The notes below the pieces were generated by a model, which made no database searches, was not told the DNA's origin, and was given only the letters and a program-made list of their open reading frames with translations. Positions 7,451-15,712 of a DNA stretch of 38,721 bases are shown here, piece by piece (the first letter of the stretch is position 1; every line of letters starts with the position of its first letter). The stretch covers positions 1-38,721 of the forward strand of contig JBGSUI010000156.1 in NCBI GenBank assembly GCA_041736175.1, written 5' to 3'. Both the position numbers and the translations under genes were made by a program. Source of the stretch: Oligoflexales bacterium. Its GTDB lineage: Bacteria; Bdellovibrionota_B; Oligoflexia; Oligoflexales; CAIYRB01.

Positions 7451-9127
7451 CTAAATCCTGGTCACCCGACGTTTTTTAACCAGGAGATCGGCCACCCGAT
7501 TGGCGCTATTGATAGCCCCGTTCATATAGCCGGCATAATCGATGCTGGAATGTTCCCCCGCAAAGAGCAGCCGCCCACCAAGCTCGATCCTGGAAAAAGC
7601 TCCATAAATCGAAGTGTATTGACCGACCCGAGGACAGGAGTAGGAACCCAGGGACCAAGGATTTAAGGACCAGTGGTTCACGCTATGGTTGCCATCGAAA
7701 TGGGAGGCAATCTTGGGGTATACGGTATTGAGGCTCGCCATCGCCCGTTGGGGGAGGTCTTTGGGCGGCTTTTGGCCTAATAGGCCACCTGTATAGGCTG
7801 TAAGGATTCCTGCAGATCCCGTTTGCATTCGGCTGGTCTCCCAACATTGGCCAAATGGTGACAAATAGGCACTCCCGTTGCTTTTGAGGTCGTGCCAATA
7901 GCGCTTTTTAAACCCAAACATAAGTTTAGAGTTAGTCCCCATCCCCCAGGAGTGGATCGCTAGGTTGGTGACGGGAGTCAAAGGCAAGGCTCTCAGATCG
8001 ATGGTTTTTAGGACTGAAGGCGGGAGTGTTAACACGACCATCTCAGCGGTGACTTCACGGGTTTGACCTCGGACGTCAAAAACCAGGCGGATTCTTTCGC
8101 CCTGGGGTCGCAAGGCTACTAGTCGGTGTTCCAAATAGATTGGAGATCTGTCTTTAAGACGCGAAGCCAGGGTTTTGGCGAGGCGGTCGCTACCTCCTTC
8201 GATTCTAAAGGCTTCGTCGCTTTCACCGTATATTTTGATGCCCTTTTTTGAGTCAACTCCCATAAGAATAATGAGATTAAGGGCCGACTGCTGGTCGGAT
8301 TCTAAACCATATTCTGTCATATAGGCTGTGGCCACTAGGCGTTGTGCCCAGCGGTCCATACCTGAGTTTTCAAGGTATTGGCTCAGGGGCATACGGTCGA
8401 GGGCTTGGACTGCTGGGTTTTTGCCGATGGGATTTTCGAAGGTCGGGACGGCTAGGGAATCGCCATCTCGAAGCTGTTTTTGATCCTGGACAAGAGCCCT
8501 GGCAAGGGGTCTCAAAGCTTTGATAAGCTGCTTTTCGCTATAGTTTTGTCCATCAACGCTAAATAAATCCGTCGCAAGGGGTGCCGTGATCGCCGAATTC
8601 AGCGGCTGCAAGGGGATTCCTAAGTCCTGACATAGGACCCTGAGTTCTTCGTGACCTGTGTCGACCAGTTCTCCCCCTTGCTCGCAAAACATACCTTGGT
8701 CGTTAAACCCCCTTTGGGTTAGAGTGCGGCCCCCAACCCGTGGTGACCCTTCAAAGACTTGGGTGCTAAAGCCATTTTGTAGCAGCCGATAGGCGAGGGT
8801 CAATCCTGAGAGCCCTGCACCGACGATAGCCACCTTGGAGGGTGTTGCCTCTGGAAAAGTCGCGGCAAGAGGTGAAGGGGCCGGTTTGAAATCTTCTACA
8901 TTGGAGTTGTCTTTGAGACACCCTGGTAGACCCCCACCCGCTAAACCAACAAGAGAGGATGCTGCTAACACCTGACCACCTCGGGTCAAAAACTCCCGGC
9001 GGCTAGACTCGCGGTCCTCCGGGAACGGACAACATGCGTCAGAGTCGTTGATTTTAGGGTCTTTCGCCATTGCAACGGCTATTTTAAGAGACCTTAGGAT
9101 GGCCTTGACAAGGGGTGAACGTCCCAT
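7451..9127 (-). CDS. Flavin-containing monoamine/L-amino-acid oxidase family protein, probably a Tat-exported lipoprotein
   Basis: VAIVGAGLSG, RVGGR, EQGGE, FAGEH..GYMNGA; SRREFL twin-arginine motif followed by LPGC. Confidence 0.85.
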   Translation of the reverse strand: MGRSPLVKAILRSLKIAVAMAKDPKINDSDACCPFPEDRESSRREFLTRGGQVLAASSLVGLAGGGLPGCLKDNSNVEDFKPAPSPLAATFPEATPSKVAIVGAGLSGLTLAYRLLQNGFSTQVFEGSPRVGGRTLTQRGFNDQGMFCEQGGELVDTGHEELRVLCQDLGIPLQPLNSAITAPLATDLFSVDGQNYSEKQLIKALRPLARALVQDQKQLRDGDSLAVPTFENPIGKNPAVQALDRMPLSQYLENSGMDRWAQRLVATAYMTEYGLESDQQSALNLIILMGVDSKKGIKIYGESDEAFRIEGGSDRLAKTLASRLKDRSPIYLEHRLVALRPQGERIRLVFDVRGQTREVTAEMVVLTLPPSVLKTIDLRALPLTPVTNLAIHSWGMGTNSKLMFGFKKRYWHDLKSNGSAYLSPFGQCWETSRMQTGSAGILTAYTGGLLGQKPPKDLPQRAMASLNTVYPKIASHFDGNHSVNHWSLNPWSLGSYSCPRVGQYTSIYGAFSRIELGGRLLFAGEHSSIDYAGYMNGAINSANRVADLLVKKRRVTRI

Positions 9128-9254
9128 GCTTTGTCCTTATGGCAAAAGAGTTGAGCCAACCTTGATTAAAGCTAAAACCAAGGCCCTTGGTCAACCCCAT
9201 GGGCAAATCTATTGCGAATTTTTTGTAAACTTTACGAAGATACCAAAAGATAGG

Positions 9255-10055
9255 TCAGTCACCCACAAAAGCTCTCCAGGTCTGAGGGAACTGGGTCTTC
9301 ATAATCTCCTGGGAGGCTGCGCTGCAATAGTAGCTATCAAAGGCTTCTGCTGTGACAGCGTTTTGCAAACTTACACCAGACAGCGTCGCGGGGAGATTCT
9401 TCATGTCACCTGCTTTAGCATCATTGAGGAAAGCCTGTAGGAGATCTGTCTGTTTTTCTGACCACTGGCGGGCAAAGGTGCCTGCGGGTCCCTGTGTTTT
9501 TTGTAAGAGAGGTATCAGAAATTCTGTAAAGGTATAGGTAAAGGTGCGGACTACCGCCTCAGAAAGTGCTTTTGGAGTCGCATCAAAAACCAAGGTCAAT
9601 CCTTTTTGGTCCGCAATCCAACAGGTTTTTGTAGATGCTGGTAGGCCAGAGGCCTCAAGATTGCCTGCCTTTTGGCCCAAGGCGCGTTGACAGATCTGTG
9701 CTGCCTCGGAGGTCACAAGGACCTTGCTGTTCCCTAGAGCTTCGATGGCCATGCCAATCTCTTTTGGGACCGCACCCAGGGAGGTCACCAGGGCTTTTTG
9801 GCTGTCAACGGTAGCACCAGGCCCGTAAGTCACCGAGAGTGATCCGGTGGATTTGCCATCGCCATACCGAGAGTTTGGACCTAGATGGGATCCATCACAG
9901 GTGTAGTTTCCTGTTCCGTTAGCGAGTTGGTCGAGAGAAGCGGTCTCAGACTGATCGGCGTTGGAGCCTTGGTACTGATCGCCGCATGAAATGGCTCCGT
10001 ATACTAGGATACAGGCACTCCACAGATGGATGGTTTTAAGGTTGATGTCCAGCAT
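9255..10055 (-). CDS. Lipoprotein with lethal-factor/Pro-Pro-endopeptidase-like (ATLF) C-terminal signature, lacking HExxH
   Basis: Start placed at MLDINLK (GGGAGA RBS). Lipobox AISC; AEAFDSYYCS...MKTQFPQTWRAF. Confidence 0.55.
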   Translation of the reverse strand: MLDINLKTIHLWSACILVYGAISCGDQYQGSNADQSETASLDQLANGTGNYTCDGSHLGPNSRYGDGKSTGSLSVTYGPGATVDSQKALVTSLGAVPKEIGMAIEALGNSKVLVTSEAAQICQRALGQKAGNLEASGLPASTKTCWIADQKGLTLVFDATPKALSEAVVRTFTYTFTEFLIPLLQKTQGPAGTFARQWSEKQTDLLQAFLNDAKAGDMKNLPATLSGVSLQNAVTAEAFDSYYCSAASQEIMKTQFPQTWRAFVGD

Positions 10056-10097
10056 TTTGCGTCTCCCGGAAGAAAATCTCATACCCTGACGGAGATC

Positions 10098-10125
10098 TTG
10101 TCGGTACAAGGACAATAAAACTTTA
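10098..10125 (-). promoter_or_regulatory. FliA (sigma28)-like promoter for the 10055 gene
   Basis: Minus strand TAAAGTTT-N12-ACCGACAA, ~40 bp upstream of the ATG. Confidence 0.55.
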
Positions 10126-10179
10126 GTTAAGGCTAATAATCCATTATTTTTAAGTGGTTGAAGTGCGAATAAATAGCCA

Positions 10180-10716
10180 TCAAATAGATGGTTTTTGACT
10201 GTTTGTAGGCAAGAGAGCTGTGAGAGAAGGCTCAAGCTTATATTTTTGGCAGTAACTCCGTTTCTTTTTATAGGCTACCCAGGCGTTGAGTCCTTGTTTT
10301 TTGTATACCGTAAAAGCACAGCGAGCATTGGCTTCTGGTTTCATCAACTCTTCACGGGAGAGTTTGCAGGTGTTTAACCAGACGTCGTTGATTTGAAAAA
10401 TTCCAGAATCTCGGGTGCCGTTGCGATTGAGATTTGTTGCCATGAGCCGAAAGTTGGACTCAAACTTGGCGGTACAAACCATTTTTGGAACCGATTCCCG
10501 CGGAAATCCAGAATCAACCAAGAGTCTTACCAAGTCGGCTTTAATGATCGTCGCTTTTCGCGGATCATCCGTCAGGTCCAACTCATCCTGGGATTCCGCC
10601 AAGGGATCAGTGGTATCGAGACTCTCCTCGGTTAGCGAGTGACTCGAGACACATCCAAAAGATCCAAAAACAAAACCAAACCACCAAAGGGCGCTTAACA
10701 ACCTTCTTACCTTCAT
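10180..10716 (-). CDS. Lipoprotein with c-type (GH22) lysozyme-like domain
   Basis: Start MKVRR; lipobox SFGC. VCTAKFESNF...ATNLNRNGTRDSGIFQIN...GLNAWVAY matches hen lysozyme VCAAKFESNF/ATNRNTDGSTDYGILQIN/GMNAWVAW, with Glu35 and Asp52 equivalents present. Confidence 0.85.
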   Translation of the reverse strand: MKVRRLLSALWWFGFVFGSFGCVSSHSLTEESLDTTDPLAESQDELDLTDDPRKATIIKADLVRLLVDSGFPRESVPKMVCTAKFESNFRLMATNLNRNGTRDSGIFQINDVWLNTCKLSREELMKPEANARCAFTVYKKQGLNAWVAYKKKRSYCQKYKLEPSLTALLPTNSQKPSI

Positions 10717-10828
10717 AAAAGACCTTTTTAAAAAAACAACGTGAGAGGGAAAATCTGCGTGACGGACAACAGGAGCATCGGCATGGAGCAGGGCAGCCCC
10801 CGTCAGGGCTACAACAGGATTTGAGGTC

Positions 10829-10844
10829 TGCAAGTATCATTCCA
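10829..10844 (-). promoter_or_regulatory. sigma54 -24/-12 promoter of the lysozyme gene
   Basis: Minus strand TGGAATGATACTTGCA, overlapping the stop of the upstream gene. Confidence 0.65.
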
Positions 10845-11400
10845 TAAACTCTTTTAGAGCGCGGAGTCCACCCTCTAAATAAAGCAACGTAGGGGTTTGT
10901 TTGGTGTCTAAACCACCTGGGCCGGCTAAAAAATCCTTGAGGTAAAGAAGAGCACTGAGTGAACGACTGCCATCTTTACAAACAAAAAGCAAATTAGTGC
11001 GCTTTTGTGCTTGGTCTTTTAGAATCGATAAAAAATCTAGAAACGTCGTTGTTTGATAATCAAGCCAAGGCTGCCAGAGAGCCTCTATATCCCCATCTAG
11101 TTGTAAGACCATGGGTTTTCCCCCCTCCTCTCTATCCGGGTCTTGTCGCCTATAACCTAAAAAAGCGGCACTCCCGATGCCGACACCACGGGTCCAAGTC
11201 CAGAGGGTTTCGACCAAGGCTATAACTTCTTTGGGTGATTTTTCACTGGCTGCCGCCAATGTTTCCAGACTGCTGCAGGCCGCGGCAAGCTCGGGTGGGG
11301 AAAGCAGGCGTAAGAGTCCCCATTTTTCGACGATTAAGGTTTGAAAATGCGGTATTTCCGGGACGAGCGCATCATAGGCAGGTTTTGAAGAGAAACTCAC
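10837..11400 (-). CDS. Rhodanese-like domain protein
   Basis: LLFVCKDGSRS active-site loop pattern and C-terminal LYLEGGL. Confidence 0.6.
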   Translation of the reverse strand: MSFSSKPAYDALVPEIPHFQTLIVEKWGLLRLLSPPELAAACSSLETLAAASEKSPKEVIALVETLWTWTRGVGIGSAAFLGYRRQDPDREEGGKPMVLQLDGDIEALWQPWLDYQTTTFLDFLSILKDQAQKRTNLLFVCKDGSRSLSALLYLKDFLAGPGGLDTKQTPTLLYLEGGLRALKEFME

Positions 11401-11485
11401 GGGATTTTCCTATATGGTCATCAGGTCGTTAGGATCCTAGAGATCCTAGAGATCGTTGTAGTCATGAACAAGGAGTTTTCAAAGT

Positions 11486-12028
11486 ATGGTTATTCTTCCT
11501 GACGCCTCCGTTCTACCCTACGGAAACCACCGGCCAAACTTTGGTCAACGAGTGCTGGTTGCCAGTGGTGCCCGCATCATTGGCCAGGTCACCGCTGGGG
11601 ATGATACCAGTTTTTGGTTTAATGTGGTTGCCCGTGGGGATGTACAAACCATCACCATCGGCCAAAGAACCAATATCCAAGACCAAACAGTGGTCCATGT
11701 CACGACGGGGACAGGCCCCTGTCTGATTGGCGACGACGTCACGGTCGGTCACAAGGCGACGATCCATGCTTGTACCGTGGGTCACCGGGTCTTGGTTGGT
11801 ATGGGCAGCATTCTGCTGGATGATGTCGTCATTCCTGATGATTCGATGATTGGAGCTGGGTCCCTGGTCACGCCCGGTAAGACATTTGAACCCGGATGGC
11901 TGATTATGGGATCACCTGCTAAAGCGGTCAGACTCTTAAGCGACAAAGAGCGGGATTTCCTAAAAAAGTCTGCGGCGCAGTATGTGACGACGGCACAAAA
12001 CTATTTTTCACTGGCAGTGTCGTTATGA
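11486..12028 (+). CDS. Gamma-carbonic anhydrase family hexapeptide-repeat protein (YrdA/CaiE-like)
   Basis: ARGDV, TNIQD..VVH, VTVGH.ATIHAC (three His ligands), left-handed beta-helix repeats; AAGGAG RBS. Confidence 0.9.
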   Translation: MVILPDASVLPYGNHRPNFGQRVLVASGARIIGQVTAGDDTSFWFNVVARGDVQTITIGQRTNIQDQTVVHVTTGTGPCLIGDDVTVGHKATIHACTVGHRVLVGMGSILLDDVVIPDDSMIGAGSLVTPGKTFEPGWLIMGSPAKAVRLLSDKERDFLKKSAAQYVTTAQNYFSLAVSL

Positions 12029-12729
12029 CGGGGTCCGATCAAATTGCTGGCCAACCAGCGATTAAGAGAAGCTCTTTTGGGCCCTGTCAGCGTGAGTATC
12101 CCACTAAGCTTGGCGACGGGACCTCGGGAGGAGTCACCTAAATCCATGGGCTCTTCGTCGATATCACGAAAGTCTGGGTAGTAGAAGTCAAGGGTTTCAG
12201 CAATCATCGCTACTTCGGAGCCTTTCAGGCCAAACCTTTTTTTGTTTTTTATTTCGTGGAGATAAGCATGCCTTTCTGCTAACTCAGTCCCACCAAGCCC
12301 CAGCCAGTCCAGGAGCCACACTGCAAAAAAACTCTGCTCACAGTGTACTTCCAGCTCGTGGGCTAAGGTCGACCCCAAGACACCCCAACTGCTAAAGGCT
12401 GCTGGCCCGATTACTACGCGATTATAATCCAAAAAGTTGGACTTCACCGTCACGCCACGATCGACCAGGTCCCGTTCAAATTTGGGATACGCCGCCCCTG
12501 GTGGCAACTTGATTCCAAACATCACAATCGCTAAATCGATGCTATCTTGGCTGAGTTCCGGCGTGCTCTGGGGTGGCTTTACAAGCACGCTAGCCCATGA
12601 ATTCTTATATTGCTTAGACTTTTCATGGGCTTGCCAAGCCAAAAAAGCAACAGTAACCACCGTAACCACAAGCAAACAGCTAAAACTTTCTCTGACTCGC
12701 CAAAGGCGTTTTTTGTTTTCGGTTTCCAT
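12001..12729 (-). CDS. Membrane-anchored hypothetical protein with possible zincin-like motif
   Basis: Start METENK (GGAG RBS); one hydrophobic helix; STLAHELEVHCEQ with downstream AERHAY. Confidence 0.55.
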   Translation of the reverse strand: METENKKRLWRVRESFSCLLVVTVVTVAFLAWQAHEKSKQYKNSWASVLVKPPQSTPELSQDSIDLAIVMFGIKLPPGAAYPKFERDLVDRGVTVKSNFLDYNRVVIGPAAFSSWGVLGSTLAHELEVHCEQSFFAVWLLDWLGLGGTELAERHAYLHEIKNKKRFGLKGSEVAMIAETLDFYYPDFRDIDEEPMDLGDSSRGPVAKLSGILTLTGPKRASLNRWLASNLIGPRHNDTASEK

Positions 12730-12848
12730 AACAACTCCGCTTCGTCCAACAGCATCAATAACCGAATGACCATTCTTATGCATTCCTTGTGTTTCCAGGG
12801 AGCTTTCGTTGCGAAAGCCTCCGATCACAAGGAGTGACAAATCTATCA

Positions 12849-12864
12849 AGCAATAGCTAGGCCA
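12849..12864 (-). promoter_or_regulatory. sigma54 -24/-12 promoter
   Basis: Minus strand TGGCCTAGCTATTGCT upstream of the 12729 gene. Confidence 0.6.
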
Positions 12865-12970
12865 AGGGAGAAAGACGCCACATAAACACTGGAGTGATAG
12901 GTTCAGGACATACTGCTTATGAGAATTGAGTAAGAGCCAAGTGACTAAATATTAGACACCTGTTCGGATC

Positions 12971-13330
12971 TCAAACACTCGCCGGATGTTTTGGGCGCGA
13001 CAATCCCGATGCTTCAAGCTCAAGGAGGAGTGCAGTTAAGGTGCCGCCGGCGGCGATTTGCAAATGCTGGGCTATCTCACTCCGCGTGAGAAAGTGGGCG
13101 TTTGCGAGTAACTGGAGAATAGGACGATAATGGGGATTGTTCGCGAGGCTACTGACGAAGATTCTTTCGCACTCATTAAAAAAATATCCATCAGGTGTGA
13201 AGGCCTCTCGACACAGCTCCAAATAAGGCGACTTACTTGACTTCCCTGACGCGCCTATCGAGGCCAGGTGGTTAAGCTCCGTCCGTCGACCGATAATCCC
13301 CGAAGTGGCTGATGGGACCTTAAATTTCAT
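12971..13330 (-). pseudogene. Remnant of an AAA/'archaeal' ATPase-winged-helix gene, internally deleted and truncated
   Basis: N-terminal IIGRRTELNHL is joined directly to a later segment (FTPDGYFFNE...YRPILQLLA..TRSEIA...GGTLTALLLELEASG). No Walker A or B motif. Confidence 0.7.
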
Positions 13331-13364
13331 TGATTTCCTTTTATTACAACAATCTTTCACCATC

Positions 13365-13430
13365 TTTGGCCAATCATGACAAATTTTAATGGTAATCAGC
13401 CAAATTCACAATTAAAATTTTGGCCGATTA
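13365..13430. promoter_or_regulatory. Three copies of a 12-bp motif TTTGGCYRATYA (direct, inverted, direct); putative operator
   Basis: 13365-13376 TTTGGCCAATCA; 13393-13404 TAATCAGCCAAA; 13419-13430 TTTGGCCGATTA. Confidence 0.55.
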
Positions 13431-13550
13431 GTGTTAAAAAATTGCGGGTCGGCTAGGTACGCTCCCTAGAGTCACGAAAGAGCCCCTTGAAAAATTTAAT
13501 CCTCCAATGGGTATGCTAAAATATCGTCTATCGACTTTGGGAATATTGAG

Positions 13551-14660
13551 TCACCGTTGCGATAAGCTTGTGTCCTTTTGTTGCTCTACTTTGCTTTGAA
13601 TTTGTTGCAGAAGCCGTTTGCTGCCTTGGGTAATCACCCATTCCTGCAGCGGCCCAAAGTAAAAGTCAGGAAACAAGTGTCGGGTAAATTCTGTGATACG
13701 CGTGAGCTTGACATGGTCTTGTCCGATCATCTCGAGTTGATAGGCTAAGCGCCCAAATGTCAGCCAATCCTCGGACTTTTCTGTCTTAAAGCCAAAGTGG
13801 TTGTCGCCCGAAAGGCGGGTGTTAAAGTGCGGTGGGTCATTTAATTTGATCCCGTCGAGTGTAAATGCAAAGTCATGGGGAGGACTCCATTCTGTGATTT
13901 GTGCATGGGCGACACCATGGTTAAAAGTCAGCAACAACTCGCCCTTGTTCCCTGCTTTATTTTCCTGATTTAATTGTTTTTGATTAATTTTAGTGATTTG
14001 CAGACGCTGTGGGATCGGTAAACCTAGATACATGACTGTGGGCCAAGGCCCCGCGAGTTCGACAGGAGCAGGTGTGATTGCGCTGAGGCCTTGCTGCTCG
14101 GGAGCAACACCGGTGATTGCGGCAAATACCTGGGTGGCTTTGCCTTTGATCAGGATTTCCGCGCTCACTTGGTGCCGAGGATGTGGTTGGTTCCTACGAA
14201 ACTGTTGATCCACATGATGGGCACCTCGATAGAGCACAACAAGCACGATGACGGACACAGCTTTTTGGTTCCGTGTCTTAAGCCAACGTCTCAAAGTATT
14301 GCCAACAAAAGTCCCGATAAAGGTTATGGGTGCCAGCACAGGCAACGACATAACAAAGCAGGTGATGCCCTCATGATAGGTGAGGATGATGATCGCAAAG
14401 AGACAGACAAAGGCCACACTTGTCGAGAGGTAGGGTCTTTTGAGGGCAAAGACGCCGATGATAAAGCCCAGTACTATTGGAAACGAAAAAAAAACAATCG
14501 AGAACTGATCTGTGGACGCCGAGATAACACAATACAATACCCAGGTGATGATCACCGCAAACATGACTCCGACAGTCCAGCGGGCCGGAGCCAGAATAGT
14601 AGGCTGCTGTATATGAGGCTTCTGATTAGGCTCTACTTGAGAAGGGTCATCGGGTGCCAC
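13551..14660 (-). CDS. Membrane protein (about 5 N-terminal TM helices) with C-terminal SRPBCC/polyketide-cyclase-like domain
   Basis: Hydrophobic N-terminus with EGITC..MSLP; LGLPIP, ITEWSPP and terminal RHLFPDFYF pattern. Confidence 0.55.
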   Translation of the reverse strand: MAPDDPSQVEPNQKPHIQQPTILAPARWTVGVMFAVIITWVLYCVISASTDQFSIVFFSFPIVLGFIIGVFALKRPYLSTSVAFVCLFAIIILTYHEGITCFVMSLPVLAPITFIGTFVGNTLRRWLKTRNQKAVSVIVLVVLYRGAHHVDQQFRRNQPHPRHQVSAEILIKGKATQVFAAITGVAPEQQGLSAITPAPVELAGPWPTVMYLGLPIPQRLQITKINQKQLNQENKAGNKGELLLTFNHGVAHAQITEWSPPHDFAFTLDGIKLNDPPHFNTRLSGDNHFGFKTEKSEDWLTFGRLAYQLEMIGQDHVKLTRITEFTRHLFPDFYFGPLQEWVITQGSKRLLQQIQSKVEQQKDTSLSQR

Positions 14661-15451
14661 AGTTGTTCTTGCCTCCCAATATGAAACATGGAGTGGAACG
14701 TAGCTTTGCTAGGCGAAAAATTTTGCAAAATAGTAGATTTTAAAACATTGGTATCGTCCGGCTGGCATGATGTCACTACCCATGGGGGATGAGAAATAGC
14801 CTGAGACCGTATACGTCCTTGGTGATCTACGCTCACACTGCCCGAGACATTTAAGACAAAGTCTGCCGTTATCGTGTCGACCTGAGCGGTCAGTGATGAT
14901 GGCATCTGATGGCGAAATGTCATGTGTTGCCCAGAAACTTCGGTGACCGCCATATCGATCAAGCCGGCATGATCAACCACACAAAAATGGGCTCGTCGAG
15001 GTCGATAGTGGGACCATCTTTTTCCCAAAAGGGCCATGATGGGAGAACTGACGAGACTTCCCAAAGTCCAAAATGAACGCCATTCGGAATGAGTCGTTTG
15101 TGCAAAGGGCGGGACCACAACGCTGATACGGTAAAGCACTTCAAAAGTCTCAAAACTAAAAATTTTTGGCAAAAATGGCGGACCCATACCCTCGATAGCC
15201 AAAACACAAACCGAGAGAAGTCCATCGCCATCAAACAAATCAAGTTTAAGCGGTGGCGGAAGATAGGCTGCGAGTATTCGTGGCGCAACCCGGTAATTGA
15301 TCACATACCGCCAAGGAACGGTGCCCCGCATGGCGAGGGGTTGGAACTCACCGCCGCCTAGGCAGTTTAATATATCCGGTAAAAACTGATCCCTGCGGGT
15401 AGCCACCGCCGTTGCGTCAGGGATTGTAATGGGTGTTATCTGCTGCTTCAT
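14633..15451 (-). CDS. DUF2071 (YqjF / acetoacetate-decarboxylase-like) family protein
   Basis: INYRV.P..L...LPPPLKLD, LSVC, YRISV, ISHPPW. Confidence 0.65.
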   Translation of the reverse strand: MKQQITPITIPDATAVATRRDQFLPDILNCLGGGEFQPLAMRGTVPWRYVINYRVAPRILAAYLPPPLKLDLFDGDGLLSVCVLAIEGMGPPFLPKIFSFETFEVLYRISVVVPPFAQTTHSEWRSFWTLGSLVSSPIMALLGKRWSHYRPRRAHFCVVDHAGLIDMAVTEVSGQHMTFRHQMPSSLTAQVDTITADFVLNVSGSVSVDHQGRIRSQAISHPPWVVTSCQPDDTNVLKSTILQNFSPSKATFHSMFHIGRQEQLWHPMTLLK

Positions 15452-15712
15452 GGACTGACTAATCGATCCCCGTGCAAGCCCACTGATCCCGCAGCAATAT
15501 TCTGTTGCATTAGGATGGCTAAGATGATTTTAAATAATCAAATGACAAAGAATTTACATTGTTTATATCTCACCTGAGGCTCTAGAGGCAAGATTATTTT
15601 TGCCAATCAAAGTTGCGCGCTTAAGCATTTAAGCGTCACTCATTTCAGATTTTTTTAGGATTAGTTCTTGCAGTCCGATGCTATGCGTGGTTTTTACAAG
15701 AAAGGACCCTTT

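Noticed and set aside
10056..10235. N-terminal extensions in the ORF track (also 10717-10833, 12730-12849, 31796-32083, 36939-37079)
   Set aside because: They overlap neighbouring genes or promoter motifs; downstream starts have RBSs and/or expose signal peptides.
11432..11454. GATCCTAGA tandem repeat
   Set aside because: Only ~2.5 copies of 9 bp; no spacers, not CRISPR-like.
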